This document shows positions 1 to 18,159 of a stretch of DNA of 64,000 nt, in pieces. Under the pieces are notes generated by a model, which worked only from the letters and a program-made list of their open reading frames with translations, searched no databases and had not been told where the DNA came from. The DNA is taken from assembly GCA_964016885.1 (NCBI GenBank), contig OZ024741.1, forward strand, positions 303,676,001 to 303,740,000. The letters run 5' to 3'. Position 1 is the first letter of the stretch. The number at the start of each line of letters is the position of its first letter. Origin of the DNA: Eledone cirrhosa (taxonomy: Eukaryota). Made by a program: the position numbers and the translations under genes.

Positions 1-3000
1 GATCAACACCAACACATTCACAACCAACACAACTACCACCAACATACCAACACCAACAACATAAGCAACACAACTACCACCAATATACCAACACCAACAA
101 CACAACCAACACAACTACCACCAATATACCAACACCAACAACATAAGCAACACAACTACTACCAATATACCAACACCAACAACACAACCAACACAACTAC
201 CACCAATATACCAACACCAACAACACAACCATCACCACTTCTACCAATATAACAACACCAACACAATCACAACCAACACAATTATCACCAATAGACCAAC
301 ACCATCACAATCACAACCAACACAACTACCACCAATAAACCAACAGCAACAACACAACCAACACAACTACCACCAATATACCAACACCAACACAATCACA
401 ACCAACACAACTACCACCAATAAACCAACACCAACAACACAACCAACACAACTACTATCAATATAACAACACCAACACAATCCAAACCAACACAACTAGC
501 ACCAATATACCAACACCAACAACACAACCAACACAACTACCACCAATATACCAACACCAACACAATCACAACCAACAGAACTCCCACCGATATACCAACA
601 CCAACAACAGAACCAACACAACTATCACCAATGTACCAACACCAACAACACAACCAACACCTCTACTACCAATATACCAACAACAACACAATCTCAACCA
701 ACACAACTAACACCAATATACCAACACCAACAACACAACCAACACAACTACCACCAATAGACCAACACCAACACAATCACAACCAACACAACTACCACCA
801 ATATACCAACACCAACACAATCACAACCAACACAACTACCACCAATATACCAACACCAACAACATAAGCAACACAACTACCACCAATATACCAACACCAA
901 CATCACAACCAACACAACTACCACCAATATACCAACACCAACAACACAACCAACACAACTATCACCAATATACCAACACCAACAACACAACCAACACAAC
1001 TACCACCAATATACCAACATCAACAACATAAGCAACAAAACTACCATCAATATACCAACACCAACAACACAACCAACACAACTACCACCAATATACCAAC
1101 ACCAACAACACAACCAACACCACTTCTACCAATATAACAACACCAACACAATCACAACCAACACAACTACAAACCAATAGACCAACACCAACACAATCAC
1201 AACCAACACACTACCACCAATATACCAACACCAACACAATCACAACCAACACAACTACCACCAATAAACCAACACCAACAACACAACCAACACAGCTACC
1301 ACCAATATAACACCAACACAATCACAACCAACACAACTACCACCAATATACCAACACCAACAACACAACCAACACAAATACCACCAATATACCAACACCA
1401 ACACAATCACAACCAACAGAACTCCCACCAATATACCAACACCAACAACACAACCAACACAACTATCACCAATATACCAACACCAACAACACAACCAACA
1501 CCACTACTACCAATATAGCAACAACAAAGCAATCGCAACCAACACAACTACCACCAATATACCAACACCAAGACAATCACAGCCAACACAACTACCAGCA
1601 ATAGACCAACACCAACACAATCACAACCAACACATCTACCACCAATATACCAACACCAACAACACAACCAACACAACTACCACCAATATAACAACACCAA
1701 CACAATCACAACCAACACAACTACCACCAATATACCAACACCAACAACACAACCAACACAACTACCACCAATATACCAACAGCAACACAACCACAACCAT
1801 CAGAACTCCCACCAATATACCAACACCAGCAACACAACCAACGCAACTATCACAAATATACCAACACCAATAACACAACCAATACCACTACTACCAATAT
1901 ACCAACAACAACACAATCGCAACCAACACAACTACCACCAATATACCAACACCAACAACACAACCAACACAACTACCACCAATAGACCAACACCAACACA
2001 ATCACAACCAACACAACTACCACCAATATACCAACACCAACAACACAACCAACACAACTACCACCAATATACCAACACCAACAACACAACCAACCCAACT
2101 ACCACCAATATACCAACACCAACATCACAACCAGCACAACTACCACCAATATACCAACACCAACATCACAACCAGCACAACTCCCACCAAAAGAACAACA
2201 CCAACACAATCACAACCAACACAACTACCACCAATATACCAACACCAACACAATCACAACCAACACAAATACCACCAATATACCAACACCAACATCACAA
2301 CCAACACAACTACCACCAATAGACCAACACCAACACAATCACAACCAACACAACTACCACCAATATACCAACACCAACATCACTACCAACACAACTACCA
2401 CCAATATATCAACACCAACAACACAACCAACACAACTACCACCAATATACCAACACCAACACAATCACAACCAACGCAACTACCACCAATAGACCAACAC
2501 CAACACAATCACAACCAACACAACTACCACCAATATACCAACACCAACAACACGACCAACACAACTACCGCCAATATACCAATAACAACAATATAAGCAA
2601 CACAACTACCACCAATATACCAACACCTACTACACAACCAACACAACTACCACCAATATACCAACACCAACACAATCACAACTAACACAACTCCCACCAA
2701 TATACCAACACCAACAACACAACCAACACAACTATCACCAATATACCAACACCAACAACACAACCAACACCACTACTACCAATATACCAACACCAACACA
2801 ACTACCACCAATATACCAAAACCAACAACACCACCAATACAACTACCACCAATAGACCAACACCAACACAATCACAACCAACACAACTACCACCAATATA
2901 CCAACACCAACACAATCCCAACCAACACAACTACCACCTATATACCAACACCAACAACACAGCCAACACAACTACCAGCAATAGACCAACACTAACACAA

Positions 3001-6000
3001 TCACAACCAACACAACTACCACCAATAAACCAACACCAACAACACAACCAACACAACTACCACCAATATACCAACACCAACACAATCACAACCAACACAG
3101 CTACCACCAATAAACCAACACCAACAACACAACCAACACAACTACTATCAATATAACAACAACAACACAATCCAAACCAACACAACTACCACCAATATAC
3201 CAACACCAACAACACAACCAACACAACTACCACCATTATACCAACACCAACACAATCACAACCAACAGAACTCCCACCGATATACCAACACCAACAACAC
3301 AACCAACACAACTATCACCAATGTACCAACACCAACAACACAACCAACACCTCTACTACCAATATACCAACAACAACACAATCTCAACCAACACAACTAA
3401 CACCAATATACCAACACCAACAACACAACCAACACAACTACCACCAATAGACCAACACCAACACAATCACAACCAACACAACTACCACCAATATACCAAC
3501 ACCAACACAATCACAACCAACACAACTACCACCAATATACCAACACCAACAACATAAGCAACACAACTACCACCAATATACCAACACCAACATCACAACC
3601 AACACAACTACCACCAATATACCAACACCAACAACACAAGCAACACAACTACCACCAATATACCAACATCAACAACATAAGCAACAAAACTACCACCAAT
3701 ATACCAACACCAACAACACAACCAACACAACTACCACCAATATACCAACACCAACAACACAACCAACACCACTTCTACCAATATAACAACACCAACACAA
3801 TCACAACCAACACAACTACAAACCAATAGACCAACACCAAGACAATCACAACCAACACACTACCACCAATATACCAACACCAACACAATCACAACCAACA
3901 CAACTACCACCAATAAACCAACACCAACAACACAACTACCACCAATATACCAACACCAAGACAATCACAGCCAACACAACTACCAGCAATAGACCAACAC
4001 CAACACAATCACAACCAACACATCTACCACCAATATACCAACACCAACAACACAACCAACACAACTACCACCAATATAACAACACCAACACAATCACAAC
4101 CAACACAACTACCACCAATATACCAACACCAACAACACAACCAACACAACTACCACCAATATACCAACAGCAACACAACCACAACCATCAGAACTCCCAC
4201 CAATATACCAACACCAGCAACACAACCAACGCAACTATCACAAATATACCAACACCAATAACACAACCAATACCACTACTACCAATATACCAACAACAAC
4301 ACAATCGCAACCAACACAACTACCACCAATATACCAACACCAACAACACAACCAACACAACTACCACCAATAGACCAACACCAACACAATCACAACCAAC
4401 ACAACTACCACCAATATACCAACACCAACAACACAACCAACACAACTACCACCAATATACCAACACCAACAACACAACCAACCCAACTACCACCAATATA
4501 CCAACACCAACATCAGAACCAGCACAACTACCACCAAAAGAACAACACCAACACAATCACAACCAACACAACTACCACCAATATACCAACACCAACACAA
4601 TCACAACCAACACAACTACCACCAATATACCAACACCAACACAATCACAACCAACACAAATACCACCAATATACCAACACCAACATCACAACCAACACAA
4701 CTACCACCAATAGACCAACACCAACACAATCACAACCAACACAACTACCACCAATATACCAACACCAACATCACTACCAACACAACTACCACCAATATAT
4801 CAACACCAACAACACAACCAACACAACTACCACCAATATACCAACACCAACACAATCACAACCAACGCAACTACCACCAATAGACCAACACCAACACAAT
4901 CACAACCAACACAACTACCACCAATAGACCAACACCAACACAATTACAACCAACAGAACTACCACCAATATACCAACACCAACAACACGACCAACACAAC
5001 TACCGCCAATATACCAATAACAACAATATAAGCAACACAACTACCACCAATATACCAACACCTACTACACAACCAACACAACTACCACCAATATACCAAC
5101 ACCAACACAATCACAACTAACACAACTCCCACCAATATACCAACACCAACAACACAACCAACACAACTATCACCAATATACCAACACCAACAACACAACC
5201 AACACCACTACTACCAATATACCAACACCAACACAACTACCACCAATATACCAAAACCAACAACACCACCAATACAACTACCACCAATAGACCAACACCA
5301 ACACAATCACAACCAACACAACTACCACCAATATACCAACACCAACACAATCCCAACCAACACAACTACCACCTATATACCAACACCAACAACACAGCCA
5401 ACACAACTACCAGCAATAGACCAACACTAACACAATCACAACCAACACAACTACCACCAATAAACCAACACCAACAACACAACCAACACAACTACCACCA
5501 ATATACCAACACCAACACAATCACAACCAACACAGCTACCACCAATAAACCAACACCAACAACACAACCAACACAACTACTATCAATATAACAACAACAA
5601 CACAATCCAAACCAACACAACTACCACCAATATACCAACACCAACAACACAACCAACAAAACTACCACCATTATACCAACACCAACACAATCACAACCAA
5701 CAGAACTCCCACCGATATACCAACACCAACAACACAACCAACACAACTATCACCAATGTACCAACACCAACAACACAACCAACACCTCTACTACCAATAT
5801 ACCAACAACAACACAATCTCAACCAACACAACTAACACCAATATACCAACACCAACAACACAACCAACACAACTACCACCAATAGACCAACACCAACACA
5901 ATCACAACCAACACAACTACCACCAATATACCAACACCAACACAATCACAACCAACACAACTACCACCAATATACCAACACCAACAACATAAGCAACACA

Positions 6001-9000
6001 ACTACCACCAATATACCAACACCAACATCACAACCAACACAACTACCACCAATATACCAACACCAACAACACAAGCAACACAACTACCACCAATATACCA
6101 ACATCAACAACATAAGCAACAAAACTACCACCAATATACCAACACCAACAACACAACCAACACAACTACCACCAATATACCAACACCAACAACACAACCA
6201 ACACCACTTCTACCAATATAACAACACCAACACAATCACAACCAACACAACTACAAACCAATAGACCAACACCAAGACAATCACAACCAACACACTACCA
6301 CCAATATACCAACACCAACACAATCACAACCAACACAACTACCACCAATAAACCAACACCAACAACACAACTACCACCAATATACCAACACCAAGACAAT
6401 CACAGCCAACACAACTACCAGCAATAGACCAACACCAACACAATCACAACCAACACATCTACTACCAACATACCAACACCAACAACACAACCAACACAAC
6501 TACCACCAATATAACAACACCAACACAATCTCAAGCAACACAACTACCACCAATATACCAACACCAACAACACAACCAACACAACTACCACCAATATACC
6601 AACAGCAACACAACCACAACCAACAGAACTCCCACCAATATACCAACACCAGCAACACAAGCAACACAACTATCACAAATATACCAACACCAACAACACA
6701 ACCAATACCACTACTACCAATATACCAACAACAACACAATCGCAACCAACACAACTACCACCAATATACCAACACCAACAACACAACCAACACAACTACC
6801 ACCAATAGACCAACACCAACACAATCACAACCAACACAACTACCACCAATATACCAACACCAACAACACAACCAACCCAACTACCACCAATATACCAACA
6901 CCAACATCACAACCTGCACAACTACCACCAAAAGAACAACACCAACACAATCACAGCCAACACAACTACCACCAATATACCAACACCAACACAATCACAA
7001 CCAACACAACTACCACCAATATACCAACACCAACACAATCACAACCAACACAACTACCACCAATATACCAACACCAACATCACAACCAACACAACTACCA
7101 CCAATAGACCAACACCAACACAATCACAACCAACACAACTACCAACAATATACCAACACCAACATCACAACCAACACAACTACCACCAATATATCAACAC
7201 CAACAACACAACCAACACAACTACCACCAATATACCAACACCAACACAATCACAACCAACGCAACTACCACCAATAGACCAACACAAACACAATCACAAC
7301 CAACACAACTACCACCAATAGACCAACACCAACACAATCACAACCAACACAACTACCACCAATATACCAATAACAACAATATAAGCAACACAATTACCAC
7401 CAATATACCAACACCTACTACACAACCAACACAACTACCACCAATATACCAACACCAACACAATCACAACTAACACAACTCCCACCAATATACCAACATC
7501 AACAACACAACCAACACAACTATCACCAATATACCAACACCAACAACACAACCAACACCACTGCTACCAATATACCAACACCAACACAATCACAACCAAC
7601 ACAACTACCACCAATATACCAAAACCAACAACACCACCAATACAACTACCACCAATAGACCAACACCAACACAATCACAACCAACACAACTACCACCAAT
7701 ATACCAACACCAACACAATCCCAACCAACACAACTACCACCTATATACCAACACCAACAACACAGCCAACACAACTACCAGCAATAGAGCAACACCAACA
7801 CAATCACAACCAACACATCTACCACCAATATACCAACACCAACAACACAACCAACACAACTACCACCAATATACCAACACCAACACAATCACAACTAACA
7901 CAACTCCCACCAATATACAACACCAACATCACAACCAACACAACTACCATCAATAGATCAACACCAACAACACAACCAACACAACTACCACCAATATACC
8001 AACACCAACATCACAACCAACACAACTACCACCAATAGACCAACACCAACACAATCACAACCAACACGACTACCACCAATATACCAACATCAACAACATA
8101 AGCAACACAACTATCACCAATATACCAACACCAACAACACAACCAACACAACTACCACCAATATACCAACACCAACAACATAAGCAACACAACTATCACC
8201 AATATACCAACACCAACAACACAACCAACACAGCTACCACCAATCTAACACCAACACAATCACAACCAACACAACTACCACCAACATACCAACACCAACA
8301 ACACAACCAACACAAATACCACCAATATACCAACACCAACACAATCACAACCAACAGAACTCCCACCAATATACCAACACCAACAACACAACCAACACAA
8401 CTATCACCAATATACCAACACCAACAACACAACCAACACCATTTCTACCAATATACCAACAACAAAACAATCGCAACCAACACAACTACCACCAATATAC
8501 CAACACCAAGACAATCACAACCAACACAACTACCACCAATAGACCAACACCAACACAATCACAACCAACACAACTACCACCAATATACCAACACCAACAA
8601 CACAACCAACACAACTACCACCAATATACCAACACCAACAACATAAGCAACACAACTACCACCAATATACCAACACCTACAACACAACCAACACAACTAC
8701 CACCAATATACCAACACCAACACAATCACAACGAACACAACTCCCACCAATATACCAACACCAACAACACAACCAACACAACTATCACCAATATACCAAC
8801 ATCAACAACACAACCAACACCATTACTACCAATATACCAACACCAGCACAATCACAACCACCACAACTACCACCAATATACCAACACCAACAACACAACC
8901 AATAGAACTATCACCAATAGACCAACACCAACACAATCACAACCAACACAACTACCACCAATATACCAACACCAACAACACAACCAACACAACTGCCACC

Positions 9001-12000
9001 AATAGACCAACACCAACACAATCAAAACCAACACAACTACCACCAATATACCAACACCAACACAATCCCAACCAACACAACTACCACCAATATACCAACA
9101 CCAACAACACAACCAACACAACTACCACCAATAGACCAACACCAACACAATCACATCCAACACATCTACCACCAATATACCAACACCAACAACACAACCA
9201 ACACAACTACCACCAATATACCAACACCAACACAATCAAAACTAACACAACTACCACCAATATACAACACCAACATCACAACCAACACAACTACCATCAA
9301 TAGACCAACACCAACACAATCACAACCATCACAACTACCACCAATATACTAACACCAACAACACAACCAACACAACAACCACCAATATACCAACACCAAC
9401 AACACAACCAACACAACTTACACTCAATATACCAACACCAACAACACAACCAACACAACTACCACCAATATACCAACACCAACATCACAACCAACACAAC
9501 TACCACCAATAGACCAACACCAACACAATCACAACCAACACAACTACCACCAATATACCAACACCAACAACACAACCAACACAACTACCACCAATAGACC
9601 AACACCAACACAATCACAACCAACACAACTACCACCAATAGACCAACACCAACACAATCACAACCAACACAACTACCACCAATATACCAACACCAAAATC
9701 ACAACCAACACAACTACCACCAATATACCAACACCAACAACATAAGCAACACAACTACCACCAATATACCAACACCAACAACACAACCAACACAACTATC
9801 ACCAATATACCAACACCAACAACACAACCAACACAACTACCACCAATATACCAACACCAACAACACAACCAACACAACTACCACCAATATACCAACACCA
9901 ACAACACAACCAACACACCTACCCCCAATATACCAACACCAACACAATCACAACCAACACAACTACCACCAATATACCAACACCAACAACACTAACTACA
10001 ACACAACTACCACCAATATACCAACACCAACAACACAAACAACACACCTACCATCAATATACCAACACCAACACAATCACAACCAACACAACTACCACCA
10101 ATATACCAACACCAACAACACAACCAACACAACTACCACAAATATACCAAGACCAACAACATAAGCAACACAACTACCACCAATATACCAACACCAACAA
10201 CATAAGCAACACAACTACCCCCAATATACCAACACCAACAACACAACCAACACAACTACCACCGATATACCAACACCAACAACACAACCAACACAACTAC
10301 CATCAATATACCAACACCAACACAATCACAACCAACACAACTACCACTTATATACCAACACCAACAACACAACCAACACAACTACCACCAATATACCAAT
10401 ACCAACAACACAAACAACACAACTACCACCAATATACCAACACCAACACAATCACAACCAACACAACTATCACCAATATACCAACACCAACAACACAACC
10501 AACACAACTACCACCAATATACCAATACCAACAACACAACCAACACAACTACCATCAATATACCAACACCAACACAATCACAACCAACACAACTACCACC
10601 AATATACCAACACCAACACAATCACAACCAACACAACTACCACCGATATACCAACACCAACAACACAACCAACACAACTACCATCAATATACCAACAACA
10701 ACACAATCACAACCAACACAACTACCACCGATATACCAACACCAACACAATCACAACCAACACAACTACCACCGATATACCAACACCAACAACACAACCA
10801 ACACAACTACCACCAATATACCAACACCAACAACACAACCAACACAACTACCATCAATATACCAACACCAACACAATCTCAACCAACTCAACTACCACCA
10901 ATATACCAACACCAACAACACAACCAATACAACTACCACCAATATACCAACACCAACAACACAACCAACACAACTCCCACCAATATACCAACACCAACAA
11001 CACAACCAACACAACTATCACCAATATACCAACATCAACAACACAACCAACACCATTACTACCAATATACCAACACCAGCACAATCACAACCACCACAAC
11101 TACCACCAATATACCAACACCAACAACACAACCAATACAACTACCACCAATAGACCAACACCAACACAATCACAACCAACACAACTACCACCAATATACC
11201 AACACCAACAACACAACCAACACAACTGCAACCAATAGACCAACACCAACACAATCAAAACCAACACAACTACCACCAATATACCAACACCAACACAATC
11301 CCAACCAACACAACTACCACCAATATACCAACACCAACAACACAACCAACACAACTGCCACCAATAGACCAACACCAACACAATCACATCCAACACATCT
11401 ACCACCAATATACCAACACCAACAACACAACCAACACAACTACCACCAATATACCAACACCAACACAATCAAAACTAACACAACTACCACCAATATACAA
11501 CACCAACATCACAACCAACACAACTACCATCAATAGACCAACACCAACACAATCACAACCAACACAACTACCACCAATATACCAACACCAACACAATGAC
11601 AACCAACAGAACTCCCACTAATATACAACACCAACATCACAACCAACACAACTACCATCAATAGACCAACACCAACACAATCACAACCATCACAACTACC
11701 ACCAATATACTAACACCAACAACACAACCAACACAACAACCACCAATATACCAACACCAACAACACAACCAACACAACTTACACTCAATATACCAACACC
11801 AACAACACAACCAACACAACTACCACCAATATACCAACACCAACATCACAACCAACACAACTACCACCAATAGACCAACACCAACACAATCACAACCAAC
11901 ACAACTACCACCAATATACCAACACCAACAACACAACCAACACAACTACCACCAATAGACCAACACCAACACAATCACAACCAACACAACTACCACCAAT

Positions 12001-15000
12001 AGACCAACACCAACACAATCACAACCAACACAACTACCACCAATATACCAACACCAAAATCACAACCAACACAACTACCACCAATATACCAACACCAACA
12101 ACATAAGCAACACAACTACCACCAATATACCAACACCAACAACACAACCAACACAACTATCACCAATATACCAACACCAACAACACAACCAACACAACTA
12201 CCACCAATATACCAACACCAACAACACAACCAACACAACTACCACCAATATACCAACACCAACAACACAACCAACACACCTACCCCCAATATACCAACAC
12301 CAACACAATCACAACCAACACAACTACCACCAATATACCAACACCAACAACACTAACTACAACACAACTACCACCAATATACCAACACCAACAACACAAA
12401 CAACACACCTACCATCAATATACCAACACCAACACAATCACAACCAACACAACTACCACCAATATACCAACACCAACAACACAACCAACACAACTACCAC
12501 AAATATACCAAGACCAACAACATAAGCAACACAACTACCACCAATATACCAACACCAACAACATAAGCAACACAACTACCCCCAATATACCAACACCAAC
12601 AACACAACCAACACAACTACCATCAATATACCAACACCAACACAATCACAACCAACACAACTACCACTTATATACCAACACCAACAACACAACCAACACA
12701 ACTACCACCAATATACCAATACCAACAACACAAACAACACAACTACCACCAATATACCAACACCAACACAATCACAACCAACACAACTATCACCAATATA
12801 CCAACACCAACAACACAACCAACACAACTACCACCAATATACCAATACCAACAACACAACCAACACAACTACCATCAATATACCAACACCAACACAATCA
12901 CAACCAACACAACTACCACCAATATACCAACACCAACACAATCACAACCAACACAACTACCACCGATATACCAACACCAACAACACAACCAACACGACTA
13001 CCATCAATATACCAACAACAACACAATCACAACCAACACAACTACCACCGATATACCAACACCAACACAATCACAACCAACACAACTACCACCGATATAC
13101 CAACACCAACAACACAACCAACACAACTACCACCAATATACCAACACCAACAACACAACCAACACAACTACCATCAATATACCAACACCAACACAATCTC
13201 AACCAACTCAACTACCACCAATATACCAACACCAACAACACAACCAATACAACTACCACCAATATACCAACACCAACAACACAACCAACACAACTCCCAC
13301 CAATATACCAACACCAACAACACAACCAACACAACTATCACCAATATACCAACATCAACAACACAACCAACACCATTACTACCAATATACCAACACCAGC
13401 ACAATCACAACCACCACAACTACCACCAATATACCAACACCAACAACACAACCAATACAACTACCACCAATAGACCAACACCAACACAATCACAACCAAC
13501 ACAACTACCACCAATATACCAACACCAACAACACAACCAACACAACTGCAACCAATAGACCAACACCAACACAATCAAAACCAACACAACTACCACCAAT
13601 ATACCAACACCAACACAATCCCAACCAACACAACTACCACCAATATACCAACACCAACAACACAACCAACACAACTACCACCAATAGACCAACACCAACA
13701 CAATCACATCCAACACATCTACCACCAATATACCAACACCAACAACACAACCAACACAACTACCACCAATATACCAACACCAACACAATCAAAACTAACA
13801 CAACTACCACCAATATACAACACCAACATCACAACCAACACAACTACCATCAATAGACCAACACCAACACAATCACAACCAACACAACTACCACCAATAT
13901 ACCAACACCAACACAATGACAACCAACAGAACTCCCACTAATATACAACACCAACATCACAACCAACACAACTACCATCAATAGACCAACACCAACACAA
14001 TCACAACCATCACAACTACCACCAATATACTAACACCAACAACACAACCAACACAACAACCACCAATATACCAACACCAACAACACAACCAACACAACTT
14101 ACACTCAATATACCAACACCAACAACACAACCAACACAACTACCACCAATATACCAACACCAACATCACAACCAACACAACTACCACCAATAGACCAACA
14201 CCAACACAATCACAACCAACACAACTACCACCAATATACCAACACCAACAACACAACCAACACAACTACCACCAATAGACCAACACCAACACAATCACAA
14301 CCAACACAACTACCACCAATAGACCAACACCAACACAATCACAACCAACACAACTACCACCAATATACCACCACCAAAATCACAACCAACACAACTACCA
14401 CCAATATACCAACACCAACAACATAAGCAACACAACTACCACCAATATACGAACACCAACAACACAACCAACACAACTATCACCAATATACCAACACCAA
14501 CAACACAACCAACACAACTACCACCAATATACCAACACCAACAACACAACCAACACAACTACCACCAATATACCAACACCAACAACACAACCAACACACC
14601 TACCCCCAATATACCAACACCAACACAATCACAACCAACACAACTACCACCAATATACCAACACCAACAACACTAACTACAACACAACTACCACCAATAT
14701 ACCAACACCAACAACACAACCAACACAACTACCATCAATATACCAACACCAACACAATCACAACCAACACAACTACCACCAATATAGCAACACCAACAAC
14801 ACAACCAACACAACTACCACAAAAATACCAAGACCAACAACATAAGCAACACAACTACCACCAATATACCAACACCAACAACATAAGCAACACAACTACC
14901 ACCAATATACCAACACCAACAACACAACCAACACAGCTACCATCAATATACCAACACCAACACAATCACAACCAACTCAACTACCACCAATATACCAACA

Positions 15001-17360
15001 CCAACAACACAACCAACACAACTACCACCAATAGACCAACACCAACACAATCACAACCAACACAACTACCACTGATATACCAACACCAACAACACAACCA
15101 ACACAACTACCACCAATATACCAATACCAACAACACAACCAACACAACTACCACCAATATACCAACACCAACACAATCACAACCAACACAACTATCACCA
15201 ATATACCAACACCAACAACACAACCAACACGTCTACCACCAATATACCAACACCAACACAATCACAACCAACACAACTACCACCGATATACCAACACCAA
15301 CAACACAACCAACACAACTACCATCAATATACCAACACCAACACAATCACAACCAACACAACTATCACCAATATACCAACACCAACAACACAACCAACAC
15401 AACTACCACCAATATACCAACACCAACACAATCACAACCAACACAACTACCACCAATATACCAACACCAACACAATCACAACCAACACAACTACCACCGA
15501 TATACCAACACCAACAACACAACCAACACAACTACCATCAATATACCAACACCAACACAATCACAACCAACACAACTACCACCGATATACCAACACCAAC
15601 ACAATCAGAACCAACACAACTACCACCGATATACCAACACCAACAACACAACCAACACAACTACCGCCAATATACCAACACCAACAACACAAGCAACACA
15701 ACTACCATCAATATACCAACACCAACACAATCTCAACCAACTCAACTACCACCAATATACCAACACCAACAACACAACCAATACAACTACCACCAATATA
15801 CCAACACCAACAACACAACCAACACAACTACCACCGATATACCAACACCAACACAATCACAACCAACACAACTACCACCAATATACCATCACCAACAACA
15901 CAACCAACACAACTACCACCAATATACCAACACCAACACAATCACAACCAACACAACTACCACCGATATACCAACACCAACAACACAACCAACACAACTA
16001 CCATCAATATACCAACACCAACAACACAACCAACACAACTACCACCAATATACCAACACCAACACAATCAGAACCAACACAACTACCACCGATATACCAA
16101 CACCAACACAATCACAACCAACACAACTACCACCAATATACCAACACCAACAACACAACCAACACAACTACCACCAATATACCAACACCAACAACACAAC
16201 CAACACAACTACCATCAATATACCAACACCAACACAATCAGAACCAACACAACTACCGCCGATATACCAACACCAACACAATCACAACCAACACAACTAC
16301 CACCAATATACCAACACCAACAACACAACCAACACAACTACCACCAATATACCAACACCAACAACACAACCAACACAACTACCATCAATATACCAACACC
16401 AACACAATCTCAACCAACTCAACTACCATCAATATACCAACACCAACAACACAACCAATACAACTACCACCAATATACCAACACCAACAACACAACCAAC
16501 ACAACTACCACCGATATACCAACACCAACACAATCACAACCAACACAACTACCACCAATATACCAACACCAACAACACAACCAACACAACTACCATCAAT
16601 ATACCAACACCAACACAATCACAACCAACACAACTACCACCAATATACCAACACCAACAACACAACCAATACAACTACCACCAATATACCAACACCAACA
16701 ACACAACCAATACAACTACCACCAATATACCAACACCAACAACACAACCAACACAACTACCACCGATATACCAACACCAACACAATCACAACCAACACAA
16801 CTACCACCTATATACCAACACCAACAACACAACCAACACAACTACCACCAATATACCAACACCAACAACACAACCAACACAACTACCACCGATATACCAA
16901 CACCAACACAATCACAACCAACACAACTACCACCAATATACCAACATCAACAACACAACTACCATCAATATACCAACACCAACACAATCACAACCAACAC
17001 AACTACCACCAATATACCAACACCAACAACACAACCAACACAACTACCACCAATATACCAACACCAACAACACAACCAACACAGCTACCACCAATGGACC
17101 AACACCAACATCACAACCAACACAACTACCACCAATATACCAACACCAACAACACAACCAACACAGCTACCACCAATAGACCAACACCAACATCACAACC
17201 AACACAACTACCACCGATATACCAATACCAACAACACAACCAACACAACTACCATCAATATACCAACACAATCACAACCAATACCACTACCACCAGTATA
17301 GCAACACCGACACAATCACCACCAACACCACTACCACCAATATACCAACACCATCACAAA
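1..17360. repeat. C/A-rich minisatellite array of interspersed 41-bp and 44-bp units with higher-order repeats; runs off the left edge
   Basis: 41-bp unit AACACAACCAACACAACTACCACCAATATACCAACACCAAC (e.g. 500->541). 44-bp variant with ACAATC (541->585). Diagnostic variants recur at 631/3321/5756 and 10854/13174. Almost no G on the + strand. Confidence 0.97.
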
Positions 17361-17492
17361 CCCGAACAACTTCCAGGGCTGGCGCTGCCAATTAGGCCAA
17401 GTAGGCAGTTGCCAAGGGGTGCAGACCTTAGGGAGGTGCCGAGCTTAGTGAGGTGCATACCACAGAGAGGCGCAGACCTCGGAGGGTGCATT

Positions 17493-17775
17493 CTAAAAAG
17501 TCTAAAGTCTGTCTTAAGCCAGAAGGCTCATTTGGCCGATGCTTATCCTACTTTCACGGTGTGAAGCGACTGAGAAGACAAGACCCACCTCTTGACAGAA
17601 CGCCAGACCATCGCAGGGTTAAACCCGCAGCTATTGCTGGTACTCATTTTCAGCTGAGTGTACTGAGCAACGTGAAATGAAGTGTTTTGCTCAAGAACAC
17701 AACACGCAATCCAGAAATCGAACCCACATTATGATCGTAAATCCAACACCCTTACCACTAGGCCACGAGCCACCA
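17493..17775 (-). mobile_element. tRNA-derived SINE with 13-bp target-site duplication
   Basis: Minus strand reads TGGCCTAGTGG (A box) ... GGTTCGATT (B box), then GTGTTCTTGAGCAAAACACTT (conserved central-domain-like). Flanked by direct repeats CGGAGGGTGCATT at 17480-17492 and 17776-17788. Confidence 0.8.
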
Positions 17776-18159
17776 CGGAGGGTGCATTACTGAACCTTAA
17801 AGGATCACAGTTTTATATAATTTGCATAATTAAATTAGATATTATTTCCGCTGATTAATTTGCATAATTAAATTAGATATATTATTTCCGGTGATCAATG
17901 AATAAATCGCTAAATATCTTTGCTGCTTAGCAATGTTGGGGAAATATCCTAAGTGGTGATAAGGGTCGTATTGTGTTATGATCTGTCACGTGATATGTGG
18001 TGGGTGAGTTTGGAAAATTTGTGGTGGGTGAATTTCGTAATTTTTTTAGTGTGGTCAGAGCAAGAAGTGTCAAAAACTGGGTTCATCAGCTTACTGGGAG
18101 AATGTAGTTCACATTGTAGGAATAACCTACGGCACTAAATATCTATGTGCCGACTCGAC

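Noticed and set aside
631-17564. Short T/Q/H/N-rich and V/C/W-rich ORFs suggesting a mucin or membrane protein
   Set aside because: Units of 41 and 44 bp are not multiples of 3, so the peptides simply cycle through the three frames of the satellite.
17680-17775. tRNA genes at SINE heads (also ~43485 and ~62880)
   Set aside because: A/B-box-like motifs are present but no cloverleaf; those at 17680 and 43485 continue into SINE bodies.
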